From NCBI GenBank assembly GCA_000091205.1, contig AP006498.2: DNA of 64,000 nt; one strand, given 5' to 3'. The DNA comes from Cyanidioschyzon merolae (Eukaryota). The position numbers and the translations under genes are program-made. The notes under the pieces were generated by a model. It was not told the DNA's origin, searched no databases, and was given only the letters and a program-made list of their open reading frames with translations. Below are positions 10,938-22,077 of the stretch, piece after piece; the stretch's first letter is position 1, and every line of letters starts with the position of its first letter.

Positions 10938-11511
10938 ACTCGAGCGCGTTCCCATCAGGATCTCTGCAGAAAAGCGCTCTTCTGCCGCTTCGACTCATCG
11001 TGAAGGGTATGCCTTTTTCACGTAGCCTTCGTTCCAAAGGCTCAAGGGCGTCGACCGTCATGGCGAGGTGGTAGTCCCTGCCTCCATGCGCGGGTCGGTT
11101 TTCCCGAAAGCTGGGTTCCGGTATTTCGAGATTGTCTGCCACCATCAAGTGAATTTGAGTTGCACCCACTTTCACGAAAGCTCCTCCAAAAGGTAACTTT
11201 GGATTTCTGAGGTGAGAGTCGTCTTCCATACCAAGCACACCGACGTAGAAATCGAGCGAACGGTTCAGATCACTCACGATGATCCCCGCGTGCTGGATAC
11301 CACCATAAGTAGCGACTCCATTCTGCGCCACGGTGCAAAAAAGTTTGGGGAGCGAACTATCCACGAACAAACGTTTCCTCGACCCTGCCGAAAAGTGTAT
11401 AGACCAGTTTCGACTTAGGCGAACTGAAGACTTGCAAACTTCACAGGTCAAAGGCCCGCGAAAAGACACGAAGGGCGAAAGGAAAGCAGACGAATAGCTC
11501 TTCCCGAACAT
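10900..11511 (-). CDS. VOC (glyoxalase/bleomycin-resistance/dioxygenase fold) protein with an N-terminal extension of about 60 aa
   Basis: 'GGIQHAGIIVSDLNRSLDFYVGVLGMED...HLMVA...GRDYHLAMTVDALEPLERRLREKGIPF...RALFCRDPDGNALEFIE' is a typical VOC-domain signature. First ATG is at revcomp 11509..11511. The 3' end overlaps the DHQS-like gene by 38 bp, convergently. Confidence 0.6.
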   Translation of the reverse strand: MFGKSYSSAFLSPFVSFRGPLTCEVCKSSVRLSRNWSIHFSAGSRKRLFVDSSLPKLFCTVAQNGVATYGGIQHAGIIVSDLNRSLDFYVGVLGMEDDSHLRNPKLPFGGAFVKVGATQIHLMVADNLEIPEPSFRENRPAHGGRDYHLAMTVDALEPLERRLREKGIPFTMSRSGRRALFCRDPDGNALEFIETPALRTSSS

Positions 11512-11626
11512 ACGATGTGCGCAGAACACGAAATAACGAAATCGTCGCCGCAAAAATCGTGAGCGGCGAACGCGTTTTGCAACAGCGCCATTTGTATTTG
11601 CGGCCAGAGTCAATGGTACGAAAAAC

Positions 11627-11790
11627 GTTTCGCAATCATTGGATAAATGAATAGCCACCTAAAGACTCATCCCAGTCTTTCTCGACCGGCCACCCACAAC
11701 TGGATTCAACTTCTTTCCGAGCAATTCCGCCTTGAGAGGTTGCCCCGTAAAGTTGGCTCTCGTCAACTCTGAGGATCTCGTCTCGAGCAC
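11627..11790 (-). ncRNA. Candidate omega-RNA-like conserved 3' non-coding segment of Fanzor copy A
   Basis: On the minus strand: 'ggggcaacctctcaaggcggaa...ggccggtcgagaaagactgggatgagtctttaggtggctattcatttatcc aatgattgcgaaac'. The blocks 'ggggcaacctc', 'ccggtc.a..aag.ctggga.g.gtc' and 'gattgcgaaac' are conserved with 47974..48197, 56040..56150, 63870..63985, 33961..34065 and, more loosely, 44255..44310. Confidence 0.35.
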
Positions 11791-13889
11791 AGCACATCTT
11801 CTGATATTAATAGCAGCGTAAATGTCATGGTTCATGAACTTTATTCCATTCTTTCAGTTCGTTGTACTCACCAGTGCGAGCAGTCTTCGAAAATGTGCCC
11901 CTCTTTCCGTTTGCTGTTCTGTCAGCGCTCCGTACTTTTCTACATCCTCAGGGCTTCGCTGGCACTTTTCCATCTCGACCCTCTGAAGCGTGCACCCCAG
12001 CTCATAGTGCATACAGGACGTTTGGAAATCATCTACCAGTATTGTGACAAAACGGTGTGTACATTTCTTGTACGCTCTCGTCGATGGAGCAGGTGTGCCT
12101 TTTTTGGACGCCCATCGCGCCGCTCCGTGTGCTACTACGAGAATTTTTCTCGTGTCCGCCTTGAGGGCGCTCAGCTGATTGATGAAGTTGGCGAATGCAC
12201 GCTGTTTCCCATAGTACAGGCTCATACGCGTACGAGCGCACCAGAGCCCTGTGTACTCTTTTCACAGCTCCTCGTTATGAGCAGCGCCAACTTTCATGAA
12301 TTCCTGAAAAGCTTCAAAGTTCTCTACGCGGCTCGGCAGCTGGCTGATCGCTTCCAGATGCTCCTTCACTCCTGCGTTCCATGTCTCAGTTTTCTTCCTC
12401 TCATTCATTATTCCCGATTCTCGGCAATATATCGCTCTCGAGAACTTTAAAAGACGCATGTCTTTTTGACGTAAGTTTGAGTCAGTGCCATCTTCCGCAC
12501 ACTTGGGTGCTGTGATGGCCATGATATTCGTCTTCCCAGTGTCAAGGCCAACGACAAAGTCGTTATCCTGCACTTTCTGTGTCGCAGGATCCGCCTCCTT
12601 CTCATCTTCCTGCTTCGTCACGGGCGATCTCGCAGATGGGCCACGATGATCTGCCTTCAACCTTCGACAGTGTACACATAGGGCTACTCCATCGGTCTCG
12701 ATGATGCCTGCGAGTGCCTTCTGCCTACTCGTTTTGAGACATTTAAAATCGAAGATATTCTTCCAGTACGTCTCCCGGTTTTCGCCGGTGAACTCTGTCA
12801 CCCTTACATCGAACTCCGGACAGATCTCCTTCGTGATGCCGAAAAGGGATGTGGAGTCGATTGTCACAAAACGCCACTTGATCTTACGGAACAGAACGAC
12901 GTTGAAGCGCGTCCCCATTACGACAGCCCTCCGTCGCTCCTGCTCTTCGCTTCCGCCCTCACTCAGCTTCATCTCCACCTTGCGTTCGAGTTCACGGTCC
13001 AAAAATACAAAATAGCGCAGGATGAGGGGATAACACTTTTTCTTATCTTTTTTCGTAGCTGATACCTTTTCTGCTGCATTCGCTAGCCGCAAGACTGCAC
13101 GGTGCTCTTGAACAGCCGCAGAGATCACAGAAGCTCCATTCTTTCTCCTGCGTGATGTCTTCTTGTGGACGAAATCTATCTCCTGTTAATATTGGATATC
13201 GTCCGTGATGCTTTCGACAATGATCCATCTCTCTTTCCGAGAGAGGCCCGGGTACAGTGCAAGCGTGGCGCGTATCATGAAGATTTTGAGTTTCATGGTC
13301 AGATTGTTCTTCAGCTTCGTGAGATACTTCGTCGCCCGTAGGTGCAAATATCCCCGTCACCCCCGTATCGAGTACCGTTGAAAAGGCACTCGGGGTGATT
13401 TTCTTGTAGGACGTGTACTCAATCAATTCTGCTCGACGCTTCCCGTGTGCCAAGCATCAGGCGGAGAATGAAGGTCATGTTGAAAAATTCTTCCGGTACC
13501 TCTACTGTTTTGATGTCCGCCACGTCGTGATGCATCTCCCTCACCATATGCCTCAGTTCTAAAGAAGTGTTTCGGACACTGCTGGAGTACGAGGCGACTC
13601 GGTTTCTGATTGCCTCTTGGACTTTTTGCTCGTACGAACTCTTGATGTGTCCGAGAAGAGACGCTTTCCCTACCATCTCGTCATACTGTCGTCTTCCGTG
13701 CAGCTTTTGATGTCTGACCTCCCTTTTCTGCTCCTTCATCTTCCCCTATTCCTCCGGGCTTGGCACTGTTTTTCGTTTTTTCCGGCAGCCGGCGACACCG
13801 TCCCTCCAGGATCCTCAGCCTCCGCGTCCATAACTTGTTCTTGCGTTTTTTTTATTTTTGACAATTAACGCGCTTGTTTATGCCGTTAG
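11627..13889 (-). mobile_element. Fanzor/TnpB-like element, family 1, copy A. Full length (about 2.26 kb) but pseudogenised by several frameshifts
   Basis: The protein is spread over minus-strand ORFs 13419..13739, 13043..13453, 12262..13128 and 11854..12225. RuvC-I-like motif 'DFVVGLDTGKTNIMAITA' at about 12540..12575. RuvC-II-like 'FVTILVDDFQTS' at about 12020..12054. The RuvC-III region is homologous to the 'EFVNRDFNAAINI' motif seen intact in copies at 46.6, 47.9 and 55.9 kb, but is frameshifted here (11790..11830). The left end 'ggtcctcacctaa...ttgtcaaaaataaaaa' at 13845..13889 is conserved with the copies at 32984 and 55568. The conserved 3' tail ends in 'gattgcgaaac' at about 11627. 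Confidence 0.65.
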
Positions 13890-14149
13890 GTGAGGACCTG
13901 TACGGCGGGGGAAATATTAGCGGGAGAACGACGACATGCGCCCCTATGTCAACGTGTTCTGAACGTTTCGGCGATCCTTCCACTGGATCGATCGTTACTT
14001 TTCCGGATAGAAGAAACTCCATCGATGGGGTTCAAACACGGACACTTCGAAGGAATAAAAAAGCAACGTTAGCCCGATAGAATTGGCAAAAGCTCGAACA
14101 CAAATGGAATGGTATTTACCATTTCGTCCAAGGGAAGGAGGTCACCACA

Positions 14150-14700
14150 CGTCAGGAAAAAAGTTTCAATGATTCGAAAAAGTGGGCGCTGTTGTTTGAG
14201 CCTTCACTATGAGCGATACTGAGACCGCCAAACGAGTCCATCGCAGCTAGAACAGATGATGTCGGAGTTCTCTTTGAGTTCGACCCTGCATACAACAGGC
14301 TCCCTCTCCGCGAATACCCATGTACGCTCCGACGGTTCTGCCCGAGGGGAGTCTCATCGACTAAAAAATAAATCGACACACCTGTGCTTCTTACCTATCG
14401 CACGGTTTCAGGAAAGCTGTAGTCGCGATTCCTGTGGAAGATGGCGATGCCTGAAGCTGAACTTTTTTGCGACTGTATCTTAGTGTTTCCAAGACAATAT
14501 CAACAAGCTGCTGATAAACAGAGACGCCCGTGGCGACTAGTGTCGTCGCGTTTTGCTTTCCTTGAGGCGAGCAACGGGTCATTTTTATACGACTGACCGC
14601 AAACACGCTTTGACAATTCCAGGCTTTGGTGCGGAGCACACATACTTGTTTCTTTTAGTGTTCTTGAACGATCAGAGTATTGTGGTATGACTGACCCGAA
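14150..14700 (-). mobile_element. Tc1/mariner-like transposase relic (fragmentary)
   Basis: ORFs 14391..14639 and 14152..14379 (minus) read '...VLETLRYSRKKVQLQASPSSTGIATTAFLK' and '...VHGYSRRGSLLYAGSNSKRTPTSSVLAAMDSFGGLS'. These are homologous to the 2770..3306 relic. Confidence 0.4.
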
Positions 14701-17069
14701 AGAGGAATGCCGTCCTCGTTGCACTCTTCAGTAAAGAATGCATCCTACATTCAATTCGTCTACTATCTGTACGGCACATTTCGTAATGATTTTGATCTCC
14801 TGCTCTGCGCTCGAAAAAGCATTCGATTGCACTTAGCGACATGGGAGCGAAACTGAATTGGAAGAATTTAAGTTTTTGACCACATCGTCTGAATCCAAAC
14901 CCATCGGGTTGAAAACGGTAAGAAAAAGCATTTGTCTGTGGTGTGGGAAATGAGCAGCGGGCGCATCCGCAGCAGTGATGTACCTCGTTCAGGAAAGGTT
15001 TTCCGGCATTCTCTCCTGCACTGCGGGCTCCAGCTTCCAACTCAAAGGGGCAAATTTCGGCGTTTTTTCCCACGTTGTGTTCATTTCTAGACCAGACACT
15101 GAACAACTGAGATAAGGCAAATTTTCTAAATGGTACGTTTGGATTTGTGACAACCAAGATGTACCAGGCTTTTGGCGGCCTGGTTGCCAAACGCTGCTTT
15201 CCACTGCGAATCAATGGTAATTTTCTCGGCAGTATCACCTAAAGCAAAGATCATCTTCGTTCGCCAATTGCTCAGAAAAATCTCTCTCGGTGCGTTCATC
15301 CGGCGCTCAAGACTCGCTGGACAGCTGAACATTACATTACCGGTGCCTTGCTAGGGTCGACAAGAAAATACCCTCTGTTCTGGCTGCTTACGTTCTCATC
15401 GGAAGTCTCCGTGGTTCGGTACATTGCCCACGTTGAGTACTAATTGATGCTCTGAGAAGTTCGCTCGACACTCCGGAAGCACGAGATATTCCAGGATGCT
15501 TATCAAAGGGCGTTGAAGGCTCAGTGCAGAACTTGCTCCCGCACATGCACACTGGTGAAATCACACTGTAACAAGCCGCTCACCTCCGATTGCATCCCCA
15601 TTTGAAGTTCGATCATCTTACCGCACACAATCCCTTGCATCCGGGTCAGTTTCACGCTGGAATTCTCTAACGGGTTTGGCGAGAACCCGTGCTCGAGATG
15701 CACGGATGTTTTCCCAAACCTTCCATTCATATCGCGCATAATCGTTACTACACTAAATGTACGCCCTTGTGGATGGAGCAGAGGTGCAGCACATGCGTGC
15801 TATATTACGTCCAGCGCCATTGGCTATCATAGAAAGACGTGACTTATCGGTCATTTCCGTTCCCAACTCATTGAACAAGTTCGTTATTGCATGCCTCTTG
15901 CCTTTATAAATCAGAAACCGTTGACAACCCGAGCGTGTCTCGTGTGCTTCTACCAAAGGTCGTCTGCATGAGTCATTGGGATGCTGGTGCACTCTCTGAC
16001 TGAGGCGAACAACGCATCGCACTTTGCTCGATTCAGTGCTCAGAGTCTAGGGATCGGTCCTTGTGTTGTCATAACGCTTCTTGACCTGCATCCTGGCATC
16101 CATTGTGCCGGACTTACCATGAGATCGAGCCATGGAAAAGCTGTGAAGCTCCATCCGGTTTCCGGTCAAATATTCGTCACTACCGCCTTGTTCTAGTGGT
16201 ATAGCGGCGGGCATCATATCCTTGGAGCCAGGATCCACGCCCCTCACGAAATCTTTCTTTCTTCATGGAACTTGAAGGAGTGAAAATGAGAGCCGTTGCA
16301 TCACTCAGGCCTAGTTATCAAGAAGTGTATGCAGATGAATATTCTGTTGGTCTCCGTGGTCCTCGAAAAACTCTTTCCACTTTGTTCCTATATAAAGCAG
16401 GGTCCTTGAACGAGCTTTACCTATTCTTATTGCTAGGTTGTTCGAGTGCTTTGAAGTTTTATGCTTAGGCGAACCATGGCATATAGAGAACCGCCCATAG
16501 TACACTGTGCTAATTCCTACAAAGATATGATTGGGCTGTCAAGCGACGTATGAGACCATGTCGAATAGACGCGTGAGGATTCGAGGGTGGATTCTGCTTT
16601 GTTGTCCTTGGTTTCCTGGAGGAAAACGTGGGAACGAAAGATGCACGCAAGGCAGGTGTTATGTTTGATGAATTCTTAAGACAAGCCCTCTGTGGGTATG
16701 AGGGCTGAAATAACAGCATGAGCTTGCTCGATCCGAAGTGATACGCGCCCCCGCTGAGGTATACCTTCCGGTACTACTAGCTCGTGATTGTCCTCTAACG
16801 ACTTCCCTGTATCCCATCCATTCGTGCCCTCCTTTCTGGGCCGGTACTCTGAGGCTACAACGCCGAGAGGTACGCCTTACGAAGCGCTCGAGATTAACCC
16901 GCAAATAGCTTTTGAGGTTTATTGATACTTTTTGGCAACTACGCCGTAGATATTCCAAAACCCGACTGAGCATTGCTGGGCGTCAAGGTGTTCTGGAGAC
17001 CCTGTTTGCAAATCCCTTATGCTACGTTCCAACCGTCTTGCATCGTCTGTCCCGAGCATCAGTTCATTT

Positions 17070-17395
17070 CTATTGGGAGTTTTGATCAAAAAAATAGGTA
17101 GCCATGTGGACAGCCTGCAGACTTGTTTGCGGAACTCGGATGTTCAGCTGCGTGATGGAGTGCGTCAAGACGAAACACGCTAACCGAGCATTGCTCGAGT
17201 AAGTAGCTACACGCTCACGGATAGCTTGCTGCACCTTACCTTTTGGAAGATTGCCTCCGCGCATGTGTTTAGGTATCTAGCCTTGACAAGGCGTTCAGAC
17301 AGACAAATCCCCCGCTGATTGATCTCTTTCCTGCCCTTCCTCGTCCCCTTTTCGGGAGGACACCTCTCTTCATTGTCCATGGTTTTTTCCTCCTT
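17070..17395 (-). mobile_element. Solo 5' fragment of Fanzor family 1
   Basis: 'KEEKTMDNEER...' and 'KVQQAIRERVATYSSNARL' match the N-terminal region of copy A ('MKEQKREVRHQK...KVQEAIRNRVASYSSSVRN', 13419..13739). No downstream RuvC region is present. Confidence 0.3.
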
Positions 17396-18769
17396 CTTCG
17401 TCTTCACCCTCTTGTTGCGGTATGCGGTGGCATAGATATGGGAGCTGAAAGCCATATTCGCTCGTTTTTCCTCGGGACCTGAATGCACTAGGTGGATACT
17501 GGGGCCGAAGCTCATATTTTTTGAATGAATATAATGTTGTTCGAGTGCTTTTTCGTGGCCATCTCCGTCATGAGCACGCCCAAGGACTGAAGCGCGTCTA
17601 TACGCACTCTCCCTCGCAAAAGCATAAAAGCAACAGATCGATACAGGGCTGGTAAGGGTAGAGAACAATTCGGTGATGAACGGGCTCATGGATGCGAGCG
17701 ATTCGACTATTGGTCCGTGAGCGGAAAAGTGGCGATCGACTACAGAAAAGACGCCGCCGACAGTACTGAACCATGGAGAATAGGCTTAAGCAATGCGCAG
17801 CTCAGCGCCTAATTCAGCTACATACTCCTTGAGCGCTTGTTGAGTGATGGAAAGCGACGTTGTCCGTGAGCTTTACTGGAAAATGTGGAAAGAAGAAGAC
17901 ACGAAGAGTGTCCCGACGGAGGGTGGGGTGACATACGATTCTGTATGTTTCAGAATTTGTTGGTGGCCACAAGATCCAAGCACAGCTAGGGCTGATTTTA
18001 TGGGAATGCTCGCTCGTCTCCTCTTCATGGACAGCAGTTTACCCTTTTTCGTGCTCACATTCAAGTCTACCATTTCTCCAGAATGACGTTCCACAGAATG
18101 AATCGTGCACCCGTCCCTTCATACTCAGCGTTTGCGTTTCGGTATAGAATCGATAGCGTGCCGTTAAATGCGCAAAGATCTCCCAGAGAAGCGTGCGTTT
18201 CTCTTTGTTCAGTCTTGTTCCTTCATCACTATTCATAGAAGAGACATGTAAACTTCATGTGCAGTGGCATCTACGGTATTTTTCTCAGAGATCTTGTTGA
18301 TCGGATTCGATTGACGGGAACACTGACTTGTAGATAGATTCTGTCAACTTCTATTGATGGTGCAGCATGTTTAGGATACGGTCTACGAGAACGGTGATTC
18401 ATCCACCTGGTGACCGCAGAATTACTGCATTGGACACCCAATGCCGTTTTTCGCAAGCCTGAAACGCCAATTCTAAATCATCCGGCAAACTTTCGCGAGT
18501 CTGTGGAGTATAATCGTTCTGATCAATACCCACAAGAAAAACAAGCGATAACAAGAAGGGCGTCACCGTGCGGGTGTTCGAGAACTCACACCTCAAAGCG
18601 GAACCGCGTGCTGCACCGAGCGTCGCCTGAGCAGCCCGCTGGGAAGCAAAAGAGACGCGCGTCCGCTTCGCCGCGAGACGTTTTGGAGCTTCTGAAAGCG
18701 CCCGTACGACTGTTCGAGCCCTTGCCAGTTGGCTGTCAGTGTGCAGCCGCCGGGCGCGAGCGGACGTTC

Positions 18770-19411
18770 ATGTACTTTCACGAGCTGATCGCCCGTGGCT
18801 TTATTTCGCGAACAGAAGATTACGGTCCAGTTTTGAGCATTTTAGAGCGTTTGGCGCCATCTACAAACCCCGGCGTCGAGTTCGCGGAGCTCGAGAGACT
18901 CTACCGGATACCGAGCGCCCTCAACACGAACAGGCATCTGAGATTTTCGCAACCCGAAGTTGTTGTACGTTTCAATCTGCTTCCGGAAAATGAGGCACCG
19001 GAACCTGCCGCTCAGGTAGACCTGTACGTGCGGACCGTGCAGAGGAACGAGGGGACTGTGAGAGCTCGGCGCTTTTGCCGAACTACTTTGCCACCTGTCG
19101 ATGCCCTCTGTTTCGTTGAGGGGTTTTTGCCTGAGGCTACCTTCGCTTTTGAACGTGTCCGCCGCGGAAATCGCTTTTGTTTCCGAGATGGAACAGTGAT
19201 GGACGTCTTCCGCCTGGAGCGAGTGTGTTCAGATTCGAAAGGGAATTTCCACTCAGAACTGCTCTCGGAGCTCAAATGGATTGTAGAGTTGAGATGCTTG
19301 CGTAGTCTCAACGCTCTCGGATCTGAGATTTCTGCAGAGCCTCAATGCAGCATTTCAGATATGCTGGGAAAAAGACTTTCCCTGCTTGCACCGTATGTTG
19401 TCCAAGTGTAG
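18770..19411 (+). CDS. Possible Mediator subunit MED20-like protein (213 aa from the first ATG). Weak assignment
   Basis: The ORF-track ORF 18410..19411 starts at a GTG. The first ATG is at 18770, giving 213 aa, which equals typical MED20 length. The C-terminal half 'ERVRRGNRFCFRDGTVMDVFRLERV' resembles MED20 '[20 protein letters not shown]', and 'VDLYVRTVQ' resembles 'VDCETYHTA'. Similarity is low and recalled from memory. Confidence 0.3.
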   Translation: MYFHELIARGFISRTEDYGPVLSILERLAPSTNPGVEFAELERLYRIPSALNTNRHLRFSQPEVVVRFNLLPENEAPEPAAQVDLYVRTVQRNEGTVRARRFCRTTLPPVDALCFVEGFLPEATFAFERVRRGNRFCFRDGTVMDVFRLERVCSDSKGNFHSELLSELKWIVELRCLRSLNALGSEISAEPQCSISDMLGKRLSLLAPYVVQV

Positions 19412-20598
19412 CAGCACCTTAGAGAACATCGTATGAGTCGCCCGTCCAACTAGAAAAGTTATTGGAATCTTTTGCGTGAAAATTGGTGAGTGCAGCCTCC
19501 GGCACGTCCTCTGCTTTGGAAAAGCTCTCGTTACGAACACTTTTCGAAGCCGTTGCATTAGGAGAAGCCAAGAGAGTCTAATATTGATCTTCTCAGAGTC
19601 GAGAGGTGTAGGATCACAGAGTACTTTGCGATGTGAACCTCTCTGCAGAGCAGCGATGAACACTTCCGCAGTGTTTGTCTGCTGCAAACGTACCAGTTAT
19701 CGCTTGTTATTGGCTCGAGTCCGAAACCTATTTTAGTATCAGACTAGGCTTGCTGCACCACCACAACAACGTGCTCATTTTCCCTGCAATGTTGCAGACT
19801 TGTTCTAATCACAGGCAAGCCAAAGAGCGTTCGAGGTCATAGCGGCTGTTATTCATCCCCAGGATGAGCTCCTTCTTTCTATTTATGAGAGACACCAGAA
19901 CCTGGGGTCGCATGAATTTACCTCTACTCGAAATGCACCCACCACTCTGAGGGGCGGTAACAGCTGCAGTCCGGTTTCAATGACGGAAGACATCTACATA
20001 TACATCGTGGCCCCTGTTGGATGCTTTTGATGACGAGGCATTCGAATATGCAGGACGCAGCCGCTCGTGATGTTAGTTGCATGTCTCGCATGGCTGTGAG
20101 CGCCATAGTGATGTTGTCGATGAACGCTCAACGCGCGTTTGTGGACTCTTGAACATCTCCTGGCATCCTAGATAGAGAAACATATTTACAACGTTCCATG
20201 AAGGATACCTCGAAGGTTACCATCGGCTACTCAAGAAGACTTTGCACAGTTTCCCTCTTTAGCATCAGCCAGAGATTCCCGATGGTCATCTGGACCAAGG
20301 GCCAGGTCAGCGCTCTCGTCTCATGAACGCAGCAGACCAAGCATGTTTAATGCTATAAAGGAAGCAACCGCACGCCAATCCAGCAACGCGATCCGTAGGG
20401 TTACTCTGGTAAGCGATTCAAGTGGCCATCGAGCCCTAGCCGCAATTCTCGCGCAAGTTTCCTGTGTACGGTGGCGAACGCACAGGTACCGTCTGCCTCC
20501 CACAGACGAAAACAGGTACTCTATGAACGTCAAACTTGATGCACAGGGCAGAGAGTTGTCCCAAAGTAGCCGCCATTTGGGGGTGACAAAGCGTGAAA

Positions 20599-21330
20599 TC
20601 AGCTTTTCGGGCAGTAACTGACTGAATAGGTCCCATCAGGGTTGCGCTTTGTCTGAAAATTATCGATCGAAACGCCGAAGAGAGAGAGAAACGAGTTGCC
20701 GACCTCTTTGAGTTTCTGTAATGCCTCCTGCTTTGCCCTCTCGCTCTCAGCAGCTGCACGCTGCGCGAGAAGTTCCGCCTCCGAGCGGTACTCAGGCCGA
20801 ATCTTAGCTAGCGCTTCGGCATCTTTGGCGGCATCCGCGAAGTTATTCTGCCCTTTGTTCGCAACCATACGCCTATAGAGTGCTTTGACGCGTAGTTCCG
20901 TGACCCTTTCTGACTCACCTTCATCCTCAAAGTCAGTAATCAGGTCCAGAGCCACCGAAGCGTCTTCCGCCGCTCTTTGCCAGAGGCTACACGGAGTTGC
21001 TTCTTCAGACTCGTGCTCCGCGGTGCACGCGTCCTCTTCAAAACGGTTCGAGCCAACGTTTGGCAGCGCGGCAGCGGATGCAAGTCTGAGAAAGACGAGT
21101 GCTCGATTGCAGCGGATCAACACCTCCTCAAGACTCCAGGGATAACGGTCTTGGGTTGGCAGCTCCGTTTTCGCTAATCGTATCTTCTCCAAAGCCTCTG
21201 AATAGTAGCTAGCAGCAGCCTCATAATTTCCACGGCGAAATGCTTCGTTTCCCCGAAGACGATCTTCCACGAAGTCGCCTTCCACAGCCTCGCTACTCTT
21301 AGTCAACGGTGCTCCACCTCCCGTCTCCAT
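20599..21330 (-). CDS. TPR-repeat protein, TTC1-like
   Basis: TPR-like helices ('GNEAFRRGNYEAAASYYSEALEKI...'). The C-terminus 'LKEVGNSFLSLFGVSIDNFQTKRNPDGTYSVSY' matches the TTC1 C-terminal box 'LGN..L.PFGLSTENFQIKQDSSTGSYSINF'. The ORF-track ORF starts at a TTG at 21339. The first ATG is at revcomp 21328..21330. Confidence 0.55.
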   Translation of the reverse strand: METGGGAPLTKSSEAVEGDFVEDRLRGNEAFRRGNYEAAASYYSEALEKIRLAKTELPTQDRYPWSLEEVLIRCNRALVFLRLASAAALPNVGSNRFEEDACTAEHESEEATPCSLWQRAAEDASVALDLITDFEDEGESERVTELRVKALYRRMVANKGQNNFADAAKDAEALAKIRPEYRSEAELLAQRAAAESERAKQEALQKLKEVGNSFLSLFGVSIDNFQTKRNPDGTYSVSYCPKS

Positions 21331-22077
21331 CTCAGCCAAAACTTGCTTACAGTGCCCTTCTCCACGGTGCTCCAGCTCGAAAGAACAAAGGTGCTCACAG
21401 AAAATAGTTTCTGTGTTGATAGCGATGTGCGTCGCATTGCATTCGTACCAGCTTCAAGCAGAGTACGCTTCGTACGAGGCTCTCCTTGTGTGAATATGAA
21501 ATAATTGTACAGAATCTCCCATCAGGTGAACAGCATCAAGCCGAGCATGCTTCCACTGAGGCTCCCCTTCAGTAAATTAGAAATGATTGTACAGAATAGC
21601 CCATCAGATTGCATGCGCTTTTCGGGACGGACGTCGATCACCGGCCGCTCATATGCTCCAGCGCAGCTACGAGTGTTCTGCAGCCTATAGCACGTTTCTG
21701 CAGCCCTGTTTAGCTGGAACTACGACAGCTCTTCGCGTGGTTTTCGTTTGGGCACATACTGTGGGGTGCTGCCTAGCTGGCCTGGGTGAAGTCTTCGAGC
21801 GCACGACGACGCGCCTTGAACTTGCTTGGTTTTGCGGTACACTTGTCGCAAACGACGCGCTGCATCCGAGCGAAGCGCTGCTTCCTCTCTGGGCTAGTTT
21901 TGGGGCCATACTGGAAGCTGCTTCTGGTCGCCTTATATTGCCAGTGCTACGGTGGAAGCTTAGCGGTGGCGTCTAAGGAGGTGCATCGCAAACAGGCTCA
22001 ATCTGCGGCGAATACGACTCGCGCTAGAGAACGGCACGGCGCCTTCTGCTAAGCGTCTTGGAGGGGCTGCTTGCATC

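Noticed and set aside
16700-17060. Possible 5S rRNA or tRNA in the 15-18 kb intergenic stretch and elsewhere
   Set aside because: I could not find a 5S-like sequence or a credible tRNA cloverleaf (no GTTCGANTCC-type T-arm with matching acceptor stem) by eye. A tRNAscan-SE or Infernal run is needed before calling any.
19012-19311. Basic 99-aa ORF antisense to the MED20-like gene
   Set aside because: Arg/Lys-rich antisense artefact with no motif.
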